This document shows, one piece after another, positions 27,430-35,500 of a stretch of DNA of 64,000 bases. Both the position numbers and the translations under genes were made by a program. Origin of the DNA: a virus (taxonomy: Duplodnaviria; Caudoviricetes); IMG/VR virus record IMGVR_UViG_2645728093_000001, positions 16,033-80,032 of that record; one strand, written 5' to 3'. The notes under the pieces are model-generated. The model did no database searches, was not told the origin of the DNA, and saw only the letters and a program-made list of their open reading frames with translations. Position 1 is the first letter of the stretch. Every line of letters starts with the position of its first letter.

Positions 27430-27666
27430 TTAGCTGATACGCTCGCAAGCGCCGTTTTTGGGATTCCAGCTAATCAACATATCGCCAACCCGGACCGAAT
27501 AGCCGCGCGACATACGAACGGCGCGCGGTGCGGTCCGGCCGGTTTGCTGCAGCCAACGGCCGCAATCCCAAGCAATGCCCGATGCACTCGAATGATAGAA
27601 AGGATTCCGCGCCTCGGCCGGCGCCTCGAAACCCTGTTTTACCTCGGCCGTCAAATCGGTTGCCAT
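27430..27666 (-). CDS. Hypothetical protein
   Basis: GAGG SD; NPFYHSS...AWDCG...VRMSRGY. Confidence 0.65.
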   Translation of the reverse strand: MATDLTAEVKQGFEAPAEARNPFYHSSASGIAWDCGRWLQQTGRTAPRAVRMSRGYSVRVGDMLISWNPKNGACERIS

Positions 27667-27676
27667 GGTCGCGGCC

Positions 27677-27862
27677 TCAAATCGCGATTGCAACGGCAAG
27701 GCGCGCGGTGCGGATAGCGTCAATGCGGCGCGCCGGAATGGTGCGATCCGCCGCGGCGATCCGTTCGGCCAGGCTGATAAGACGGTGCGCGAGGCCGAGG
27801 CGGCCGAGCTCGATTGCGTTTGCAGCGTCTAGCAAAAGGCCTTTAACGGTATTGTTTCGCAT
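27677..27862 (-). CDS. Hypothetical protein
   Basis: Motif A and GAAGGA SD before MRNNTVK. Confidence 0.65.
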   Translation of the reverse strand: MRNNTVKGLLLDAANAIELGRLGLAHRLISLAERIAAADRTIPARRIDAIRTARLAVAIAI

Positions 27863-27906
27863 GGTCGTTTTCCTTCTGAGTTGCGCACAATCGCGCGGGT
27901 TGAAAC

Positions 27907-28065
27907 TTAGTAGCGGTTGCGGCGCCGATAGCTCGGCCGGCGCCTCCGGACCGGCGCGCCATATTCGACGGCCGCAAGCGCGAGCCAACCGACAACGGCC
28001 AGGCCGAAAAGAAACGTTGCCGGCAACATCGGGTTGGCGATGCAAAAGGCGATAAAGGCTTGCAC
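27907..28065 (-). CDS. Small membrane protein
   Basis: TAAGGGG SD, GTG start, one hydrophobic segment and a basic tail. Confidence 0.5.
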   Translation of the reverse strand: MQAFIAFCIANPMLPATFLFGLAVVGWLALAAVEYGAPVRRRRPSYRRRNRY

Positions 28066-28075
28066 GGTGCGCCCC

Positions 28076-28300
28076 TTAAGCAATCGGCCGCGATTGATCG
28101 GCAGAGACTTCGCACAAAACAACGCGATAGAAGGCGCGGGAATTGCGCGGGCGATCTCCGCCGCGAACGGCGGAGAAGGCAAGGCGCCGATACATTGCCT
28201 CGAAAGCATCAGCCGACGATTTGAGGAAAAGGCGCGCGGTCCAATCGCAACCGGTCAAGGTGCAGCGAAAGCGGATGTCAAAGGCTTGGCGGCGGGACAT
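28076..28300 (-). CDS. Hypothetical protein, first motif-A-led gene of the block
   Basis: Motif A and GAAAAGG SD. Confidence 0.6.
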   Translation of the reverse strand: MSRRQAFDIRFRCTLTGCDWTARLFLKSSADAFEAMYRRLAFSAVRGGDRPRNSRAFYRVVLCEVSADQSRPIA

Positions 28301-28339
28301 GTTCGGGCCTTTTCGGTTGCGCACAATCGCGCGTTTCGT

Positions 28340-28380
28340 GTCCCGCACATGCCTATATCAGCGGCCGGCCGTCAAGAGGG
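28340..28380 (-). promoter_or_regulatory. Putative sigma70-type promoter driving the antisense block
   Basis: CTTGACG at 28376-28370 with AT-richer DNA upstream; -10 element is weak or ambiguous. Confidence 0.4.
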
Positions 28381-28484
28381 AAAATGCAATTCAGTGAAAA
28401 GAATTTGCGAAAAGCCGGCAACGGCGCCGTTTATGTCACTATCTAGTGACGGCCGAGGCCTCTAGTAGTTCGGCCGCGGCTGGA

Positions 28485-28796
28485 TCATTCGCGCATTGCC
28501 TTATGCACTCGGCCGAGGCGCCGGACGTCCGCCCATGCATCCGCCGCGCCGATACCGGCAAGCACGGCGCGACATTTAAGGCCTAGCTCGGCCGTCCCGC
28601 CGTTCTGCCGTGCAGCTGTGACGGTATTCGGCGAGATGAATAGAACGGCCGCGGCCTCCCCATTGGAAAGGTCTAACTCGGCTTGCCATGCCTGGAATTC
28701 GGCCGCCGTGATTCGCAGTGCGGTGGCGGCCGAGGCATAGGCGCGGGACCGCGCCAGGGTTTTGCCGGTTGCGTGCTTTCGAGGCTTAGACGTCAT
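28485..28796 (-). CDS. HTH DNA-binding protein
   Basis: ITAAEFQAWQAELDLSNGEAAAVLFISPNTV; GGAG SD. Confidence 0.7.
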   Translation of the reverse strand: MTSKPRKHATGKTLARSRAYASAATALRITAAEFQAWQAELDLSNGEAAAVLFISPNTVTAARQNGGTAELGLKCRAVLAGIGAADAWADVRRLGRVHKAMRE

Positions 28797-29025
28797 TGCT
28801 TTTCACTCCGCCGTGACTCTTCCCAGGTATCTCAGCCGGCAACTATCACAAATCAGGGAATGGCCGAGGCCTCGGCTTGCAATCGTCCCCGGGTTTTGCG
28901 CGGAACCCGATTTGACAACCGACTCCGCAACTGATTCAGAATAGGCACGGTGATGGATTGTCACTGAAGCAAGCCCGCCAGGCACAAGCCGCGGCGGGCT
29001 TTGTGTTTGGCGGAGGCGCCAGCCC

Positions 29026-29292
29026 ATGGCAGAGCACGACAAGCCCGCCATTCTAACCCGCTATTGGCAGCCAACAGGCCGAACGCGTATGCGCACCGGA
29101 TGGTTTGGCTTGCTCGTTATCGAGGTGCTGCAGGAACGCGTTGCCATGGTGGGAAAGCGTTGCGAACATCAGGCACGCTGGCGCCGTGCATCGCGTGGCC
29201 AGGTCGTAACGTTCGGGCAGGGTAGCACGGTGCGCCCCCATGTCCTCGATACCGTCAACCCGCACCGTTACGACTTCGTCCGCCGTGGGTGA
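29026..29292 (+). CDS. Hypothetical protein
   Basis: GGAGG SD; TGRTRMRTGWFGLLVIEV...RWRRA. Confidence 0.5.
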   Translation: MAEHDKPAILTRYWQPTGRTRMRTGWFGLLVIEVLQERVAMVGKRCEHQARWRRASRGQVVTFGQGSTVRPHVLDTVNPHRYDFVRRG

Positions 29293-29684
29293 TATCGTCG
29301 GCTTTAGGCCGGCAGCTGGCCGGCCACATGATCGGCCGGCCTTAGAGCGCGGCGCCGTCGGTAGCGTTGTGGCACTGCCCGTTATCAGGATTGAGCGGGA
29401 CGCAACGGCCGACGCATGGGACGGCTTGCCAAGTGACAGCGCCCCGCACCATGCGGCGCTATGGCCAGAGCAGAGCTAGGCGCCGAGGCCTCGGCGCTTG
29501 CCTGCCACGTCAACCCGTCACTACCAGACAACGCTAGCCGTAGAGGCGAGGGATTGCCGCGCGGCGCGGCGCGCCGGCTTGCCAGGTACCACCATAGCCG
29601 CCTCGGCCAGGCCTTAGCATCGCATCAATCGGGCGAAACGAGGCAAAACAGCCCCAAACCCGGCCGTTTCGCCAGCAAAAGCCG

Positions 29685-29800
29685 CCCACCACCCCGGGGG
29701 GGGTGAATTCCCGGGCAAACCGCGGGGGGCCGACCGCCAGGGGTCTCATTTGGAGATTTTTTTGGGGCGGCCGAAATTTTGGGCTCTGGCGTCATTTTTG
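29685..29800. other. Candidate cos / packaging initiation region
   Basis: CCCCGGGGGGGGTG...GGGGGGCCGACCGCC...GAGATTTTTTT upstream of terS resembles cos regions of HK97-like phages; oligonucleotide usage switches here. Confidence 0.5.
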
Positions 29801-29826
29801 ACGATTTCGAGAAAAACGGGAAATCC

Positions 29827-30135
29827 ATGCGCAGCACCGGTCAGACGAAAGCGATGGTCGAAAAGCTGCCTGAGACCGGCTCGGTCGTCGTGGTGCATAC
29901 CGACCCGCTGCGATCGCATGTCCGCGACATGATCCTGACCCTGCGCGGATCCGAGGTGCTTGGACGCACTCGGATCGAGGTGATCAAGAACCGCGAGGCT
30001 GCGGATCGGTTGGTCGGCCTGCGCGTGCCCGTGTTCGTTGACCACGCCTTCGCCGACCATGTCAGCCGTGAGACCGCATCTGCGGTTCGGGCTTTGGCCG
30101 ACGGGACGAACTCGATGTTCCGGAAGGCCGGCTAA
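29827..30135 (+). CDS. Hypothetical protein
   Basis: ORF directly upstream of terS with late-gene codon style. Confidence 0.6.
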   Translation: MRSTGQTKAMVEKLPETGSVVVVHTDPLRSHVRDMILTLRGSEVLGRTRIEVIKNREAADRLVGLRVPVFVDHAFADHVSRETASAVRALADGTNSMFRKAG

Positions 30136-30146
30136 GGAATTCCAGG

Positions 30147-30659
30147 ATGGTTGAGCGTAAGGCCCGCGGCAAAGCTGCGAAGGCGAAGTCGCGCGGCAAG
30201 GCGGCCAAAAAGGGAAAGCGCAAAAGCGCCGGCCGGCCCGAGATCAAGGTCACCGCGTCTGATCGGGAAAAGGTCGAGATCCTGATCGGCGGCGGAATGG
30301 CGGTCGAGGAAATTGCGGCCGCAATGGATATGGCCGTGAACTCGCTGAAGAAGCACTTCGGCGCCGAGCTCAAGCGGGGGCGCTCAAGGAAGCAGGCCGC
30401 GATGCTCGAGGCGATGTTCAAGGCCGGCGTCGGCGGCAACGTTTCGGCGCAGAAGGCCTACATGCAGCACAGCCTGCTGGCGGCCGCCGACGACAAAGTC
30501 CAGGGAGCGGCCGAGCCGGCTCCGGCACCGCGCGCGCCGCGAGCCTACCAGGGCAAGAAGGACGCCGCCCAGGAAGAAGCCATGACGGCCGGCGCCGGAA
30601 CGGAGTGGGGCAGCGACCTCGATCCGTTGGCGCCGCAGCCCGGCGTGAAGCCGAACTAG
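30147..30659 (+). CDS. Terminase small subunit
   Basis: GRP...HTH (EEIAAAMDMAVNSLKKHF), GNVSAQK; directly before terL. Confidence 0.8.
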   Translation: MVERKARGKAAKAKSRGKAAKKGKRKSAGRPEIKVTASDREKVEILIGGGMAVEEIAAAMDMAVNSLKKHFGAELKRGRSRKQAAMLEAMFKAGVGGNVSAQKAYMQHSLLAAADDKVQGAAEPAPAPRAPRAYQGKKDAAQEEAMTAGAGTEWGSDLDPLAPQPGVKPN

Positions 30660-30662
30660 CCC

Positions 30663-32375
30663 ATGGGGTTGGTCGTCCGCGATTGGCGGACCGCGCTTCC
30701 CGACTGGGAGAGCCGGATACTCGAGCGGAAGTCGCTTATTCCGCCGAACCTGAGGCTATTCGACGCCGAGGCCGAGAAGGCACTCCGGATCTTCAAGCGG
30801 CTGAAGGTCCCCGACATCGAGCCGCACGCGAACGGCGAATATTGGACGCACGGAGAGGCGTGCGACGAGTGGGTGTTCGACCTGGTTCGGGTCGTCTTCG
30901 GTTCATACGACGCCTCGATCAGGCGGCGCATGATCCAGGAGTATTTCCTCCTGGTGCCGAAGAAGAACGGCAAGTCCTCCGTGGCGGCCGCGATCATGGT
31001 CACCGCGGCGATCATGAACCGGCGGCCGGAAGCCGAATTGCTGCTGATCGCGCCGACGAAGAAGATTGCCGACATCGCCTTCAAGCAGGCGCACGGCATC
31101 ATCAAGCTGGACACCGAGCTCAAGAAGCTCTTCCACCCGCAGGTGCACCAGCGGACCCTGACACACCGCCGCACCGGTGCGGTGATCATGATCAAGGCGG
31201 CCGACAAGGACGTCATTACCGGGTCGAAGGCGACCTTCATTCTGGTCGACGAGACGCACGAATTTGCCGCAAAAGCGAAGGCGGCAGACATCTTCACGGA
31301 AATCCGCGGTTCGCTGGCGTCACGGCCCGACGGGTTCATGATCCAGATCACGACCCAGTCCAAGGATCCGCCCGTCGGCGTGTTCAAGGACGAGTTGCAG
31401 ACCGCGCGCGATGTTCGCGACGGCAAGGTAGTGCTGCCGCTGCTGCCGATCCTGTACGAGCTCCCGTACAAGATCCAGGACAGCGAGGAATGGCAGGACG
31501 AGAAGTTCTGGCCGATGATCAACCCGAACTACGGGCGATCGGTCGACCCGGTGTTCCTGACCACACAATTGATCAAGGCGAAGCGTACCGGCGCTGCGGC
31601 GCTGGCTCTTCTCGCCTCGCAGCACTTCAACATCGAGGTCGGCCTGCGGCTTCGCTCCGATCGCTGGGCTGGCGCCGACTTCTGGGAGAAGACCCCGGAG
31701 AAGGTTTCCTCATTCGAGGAATTGCTCCGGCGGTCTGAAGTGGTTGTCGTCGGCATCGACGGCGGCGGGCTCGACGACTTGCTCGGTCTCGCCGTTCTCG
31801 GCCGTGAGCGAAAGACGGGCAGGTGGCTGCTGTGGTGTCGGGCCTGGGCGCACAAGATCGTCCTGGTCCGGCGCATGGAGATCGCGAACGCGCTCCTGGA
31901 TTTCGTCAAGGAAGGCACGCTGACCATCGTCGAGAAGCCGGGCGAGGATGTGGTCGCCGTGGCCGACATCGTCATGACGATCGAGGAAGCCGGTAAGCTC
32001 GCGGAAGGCCCCGCGATCGCGGTCGACGCCGCCGGCATCGGCTCCATCGTCGATGAGCTCACCAGCGAGGAGCGAGGCTTCGAAAAGGACCGCATCGTCG
32101 GTATCGCCCAGGGTTGGAAGCTCAACGGTGCCATCAAGGACACTGAACGCAAGGTCGCCGGCGGTGAACTGATCCACGACGGCTCGAAGCTGATGGCCTG
32201 GTGCATCGGGAACGCGAAGGCAGAGCAGCGGGGCAACGCCGTGGTGATCAACAAGCAGGCGAGCGGGACCGGCAAGATCGATCCGCTGATGGCCCTGTTC
32301 GATGCGGTCTCGCTGATGTCGATGAATCCGGAAGCCGCCGGCTCTGCCTACGAAGAAGAAGACGTTCTGGTGTGA
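30663..32375 (+). CDS. Terminase large subunit
   Basis: Walker A VPKKNGKS, Walker B ILVDETH, ITTQ, GIDGGGLDDL, KIDPLMA. Confidence 0.95.
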   Translation: MGLVVRDWRTALPDWESRILERKSLIPPNLRLFDAEAEKALRIFKRLKVPDIEPHANGEYWTHGEACDEWVFDLVRVVFGSYDASIRRRMIQEYFLLVPKKNGKSSVAAAIMVTAAIMNRRPEAELLLIAPTKKIADIAFKQAHGIIKLDTELKKLFHPQVHQRTLTHRRTGAVIMIKAADKDVITGSKATFILVDETHEFAAKAKAADIFTEIRGSLASRPDGFMIQITTQSKDPPVGVFKDELQTARDVRDGKVVLPLLPILYELPYKIQDSEEWQDEKFWPMINPNYGRSVDPVFLTTQLIKAKRTGAAALALLASQHFNIEVGLRLRSDRWAGADFWEKTPEKVSSFEELLRRSEVVVVGIDGGGLDDLLGLAVLGRERKTGRWLLWCRAWAHKIVLVRRMEIANALLDFVKEGTLTIVEKPGEDVVAVADIVMTIEEAGKLAEGPAIAVDAAGIGSIVDELTSEERGFEKDRIVGIAQGWKLNGAIKDTERKVAGGELIHDGSKLMAWCIGNAKAEQRGNAVVINKQASGTGKIDPLMALFDAVSLMSMNPEAAGSAYEEEDVLV

Positions 32376-32434
32376 TGCTGGCTGCCTCGGGCGCCGCGCG
32401 CCGGTAACCCGCAACTCATCAGGACAGATCGCCC

Positions 32435-34057
32435 ATGGGTTGGAGAGACACGCTCGCGGGCGCATTCGCTCCGCGATCACAACTCGATCGCTGGGCGGCC
32501 GACGTCACCGACGCGATTGAGCGCGATGATGACGACTTTTGGTACTCCGAGCTCGGCCGGAAATCGAAGGCCGGCATCCGCGTCACCGCTGATATCGCCC
32601 TGCGCGCCTCCGCGGTTTATTCGTGCGTCAAGGTGCTCGCCGAAACGATGGCATCGCTCCCGATGTCAGTCTATCGGGTGCAGCCCAACGGAGACCGCGA
32701 GGAGTTCAACTCGCACCCGATCGGCGAACTGATCCGGTATCAACCGAACGGCATCCAGACCGCGGTCGAGTTCTGGGAAACGACCATTTTGCATGCCGCA
32801 CTGCGCGGCGTCGGTTTCGCCGAGATCAAGCCTGGCGCGCGCGGTGCCGTCGACCAGTTGGTCTCACTGCACACCGACCGGGTGACGACCGAGGTCATCC
32901 GCGACGGCACGCTACGGTTCAAGATCACGGATCCGTTCACCGGCGCCACGCGGACGCTGTTGCAGGAGGAGATGTTCCGGATCCCGGGACTGTCCAGCGA
33001 CGGCGTCAACGGTTTGCGTGCGGTCGATATCGCCGCCGACGCAATCGGTCTCGGCATCGCCGCCGACAATTATGCTTCGAGGATCTTCTCGAACAATCTC
33101 AACATGGGCGGCTTCCTGTCGTCCCAGAAGAAGATGTCGCCGGAGGCACAGCGCCGGCTGATCACGAAACTGGTCGAGATGTTTGCCGGCGGCAACAACG
33201 TCGGCCGACCGATGATCCTGCAGGACGGGATCAAATACGAAAAGGCTTCGATGCTGGCCTCCGAGGCCCAGCTGCTCGAAGCCCGGAAGTGGCAACTGCT
33301 TGAGGTCGCGCGGTTCTGGCGCATCCCGCCGCACATGCTCGGCATCGACGACACCACGAACCGGTCAACGGTCGAGGAGCAGTCGCTCAACTTTGTCCGC
33401 TACACCATCCGGCCCTGGGCCCGCCGCATCGTCCAGGCGATCCGGCGCGATCTCATCCTCGCCAAGGGCGTCTACGAAGTCGCGTACGATTTCGACGATC
33501 TCGAGAAGGGCAATCTGCAGGCTCGTGCCGATTACATCTCGAAGGCGCTCGGCGCCGGCGGCACACCGGCCTGGCTGACGCAGAACGAAGCCCGGCAGTG
33601 GGAAGGCTGGAATCGGCGATCGGAGCCATGGGCCGACGTTCTGCCCCAGGGCACGAACCCCGGCGGCGGCGCAGCAGGTGCTAAGCAGCCAGCCGCACTA
33701 CCGGCCGAGACACCCGCGATCGAGGACAATTCGCCCGACGCCCGCGCGCGGCGTCTCGCCGACAAGGAAAATAAGGCCTTCGGCAAGGCGCTCGTCCGCC
33801 ATGCCGGCGATGCGGACGGCATGCGGGATTGGATCAAGGCCTTCTACGGCGGGCACGTCAGCAGCGTCATGAAGATGCTCGACATCCGTCGGGATGGAGC
33901 CCGCGCCTACTGCGAATTCCAGAAGCGCGAAGCGCTCGGAGCAAACGATTGGCACGCTCTCCTCGAGACGCGTGAAGAGAAACTCGCGGCAACGATCGCC
34001 GCCGTTCTGAAACAGCACGAGGTCGAACATGGGAACGATGCGCCGATTCAAGCGTGA
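32435..34057 (+). CDS. HK97-family portal protein with C-terminal extension
   Basis: AVYSCVKVLAETMASLP, QLLEARK...EVARFWRIPPHML, TQNEAR. Confidence 0.95.
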   Translation: MGWRDTLAGAFAPRSQLDRWAADVTDAIERDDDDFWYSELGRKSKAGIRVTADIALRASAVYSCVKVLAETMASLPMSVYRVQPNGDREEFNSHPIGELIRYQPNGIQTAVEFWETTILHAALRGVGFAEIKPGARGAVDQLVSLHTDRVTTEVIRDGTLRFKITDPFTGATRTLLQEEMFRIPGLSSDGVNGLRAVDIAADAIGLGIAADNYASRIFSNNLNMGGFLSSQKKMSPEAQRRLITKLVEMFAGGNNVGRPMILQDGIKYEKASMLASEAQLLEARKWQLLEVARFWRIPPHMLGIDDTTNRSTVEEQSLNFVRYTIRPWARRIVQAIRRDLILAKGVYEVAYDFDDLEKGNLQARADYISKALGAGGTPAWLTQNEARQWEGWNRRSEPWADVLPQGTNPGGGAAGAKQPAALPAETPAIEDNSPDARARRLADKENKAFGKALVRHAGDADGMRDWIKAFYGGHVSSVMKMLDIRRDGARAYCEFQKREALGANDWHALLETREEKLAATIAAVLKQHEVEHGNDAPIQA

Positions 34058-35462
34058 GATCCGCTCAGTCAACGGCCGGGTGCTTGCGTTTGACATGCGA
34101 AACGGTATTGGCGCCGCCATGACGCCGCTGCTGGAGCGGATTGTCCGCGGCAGCGTCGATGATGCCGAGCTGCGTGAGATGTTCCTGGACCGCACCGAGT
34201 CCGCGCGCAGCTTCTGTGTCGAGGACGAGGGGACCGACATCGAGGCGGCCCGGCAGCGCGCCGAGAAGATGGCTGCGCCGGTGATCGTGCCGGGCACCAA
34301 GACCGGTCGCTTTACCGCGCTGGTGTCGTGTCACGGCATCGCGATGTACGACGTCGAGTACCAGCCCTATGCCTTTTCGACCCTGCGCCTCTCGCAGGTC
34401 ATCGGCCGCCTGGCGGCGGATCCAAGCATCGAGACGATCTTCATCGATTGCGACAGTCCGGGCGGCTACGTCACCGGCACGCAGGAGGCTGCCGATGCGG
34501 TCTTCGCGGCCCGCAAGAAAAAGCAGGTCGTTGCGCTGATCAATCCGCTGGCGGCATCCGCGATGTATTGGATTGCGAGCCAGGCCGAAACGATCATCGG
34601 CGTCCCGTCGGCTGACGTCGGCTCGATCGGCGTCTTCATGTGCCACTACGACTGTTCCGCGATGCTGGCCGACATGGGGATCAAGCCGACGTACATCTAC
34701 GCCGGCGAGTACAAGACCGAGGGCAATTCGTCGGAGCCGCTGAGCGCCGAGGGCAAGGCTTTCTTCCAATCGCAGGTCGACGGCACGTATTCTGACTTCG
34801 TGAATGCCGTGGCGCGCGGCCGCGGCGTCACCGCACAGGTCGTCATGGACAAGTTCGGCAAGGGCCGCGTCTACGACGCCCAGATGGCGAAGAAACTGGG
34901 CATGATCGACGACATCTCCACCATCCAGGGCGCGCTGGCGAGCTGGGGGATCCCCGACATGTCACAGGAGGCCAATCGTCGGCGCGCCTCCGGCGACCAG
35001 ACTGCGGAGCTGGAGCAGGCCGAGCCTGCGGCGGAAGAGGCCGCGTACGATCCCAAGGCGCCGCTCAAGGTCGACATGGACGTGCTGCTCACAGAAGGAT
35101 GTGAAAGCCTGGTCTTCCGCCAGGTCAGTGCGCCCGGCGTCATCACTACCTATGCCGACGGCCCCTGGCCAGCGAAGGTGCGGATCGATCCCGAGGTCAT
35201 CAAGGGCGGGGCCGACCGATGCCTCCTCGAGGCCAACGGCACCATCACGATCGCTGTCGCCAATGGTGCCGCGGTCTACACCAAGATCCACGAGACGGCG
35301 TCTGGTGTGTGGATCTGCAAGCTGGAGGAAAACAGTTCCTTCACGCCGCCGCCTGGCGCTGAGCCGGAAGCCACGACGGAGCCCGAGGCGCCGGCGGAAA
35401 CGCCGGACAACAAGGCTGAAGCCGAGCGCGTTCGCGTCCGTCTCGCGATCCTCGCGGCCTGA
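34029..35462 (+). CDS. S49-family (SppA/ClpP-like) prohead protease with C-terminal extension
   Basis: DSPGG, AASAMYWIASQA, VGSIGV. Confidence 0.9.
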   Translation: MGTMRRFKREIRSVNGRVLAFDMRNGIGAAMTPLLERIVRGSVDDAELREMFLDRTESARSFCVEDEGTDIEAARQRAEKMAAPVIVPGTKTGRFTALVSCHGIAMYDVEYQPYAFSTLRLSQVIGRLAADPSIETIFIDCDSPGGYVTGTQEAADAVFAARKKKQVVALINPLAASAMYWIASQAETIIGVPSADVGSIGVFMCHYDCSAMLADMGIKPTYIYAGEYKTEGNSSEPLSAEGKAFFQSQVDGTYSDFVNAVARGRGVTAQVVMDKFGKGRVYDAQMAKKLGMIDDISTIQGALASWGIPDMSQEANRRRASGDQTAELEQAEPAAEEAAYDPKAPLKVDMDVLLTEGCESLVFRQVSAPGVITTYADGPWPAKVRIDPEVIKGGADRCLLEANGTITIAVANGAAVYTKIHETASGVWICKLEENSSFTPPPGAEPEATTEPEAPAETPDNKAEAERVRVRLAILAA

Positions 35463-35500
35463 TCGCCAAGCCCCATCACTCGCAGAAAACGGCGGTCATC

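Larger units (their letters stand above)
18433..28333 (-). repeat. Dispersed repeat family A, CGCGCGATTGTGCGCAA hairpin immediately 5' of SD sequences
   Basis: 17-mers at 18433 (variant), 21833, 22952, 23333, 23831, 25208, 26676, 27157, 27355, 27881, 28317; each 17-21 nt from a minus-strand ATG. Confidence 0.95.

Noticed and set aside
17768-28333. Repeats A and B as a CRISPR array
   Set aside because: Spacing is irregular (tens to thousands of bp), the intervening sequences are ORFs, and no cas genes are present
17768-28333. Classical integron cassette array
   Set aside because: No integron integrase in the window; the repeats are too short and lack attC RYYYAAC/GTTRRRY ends
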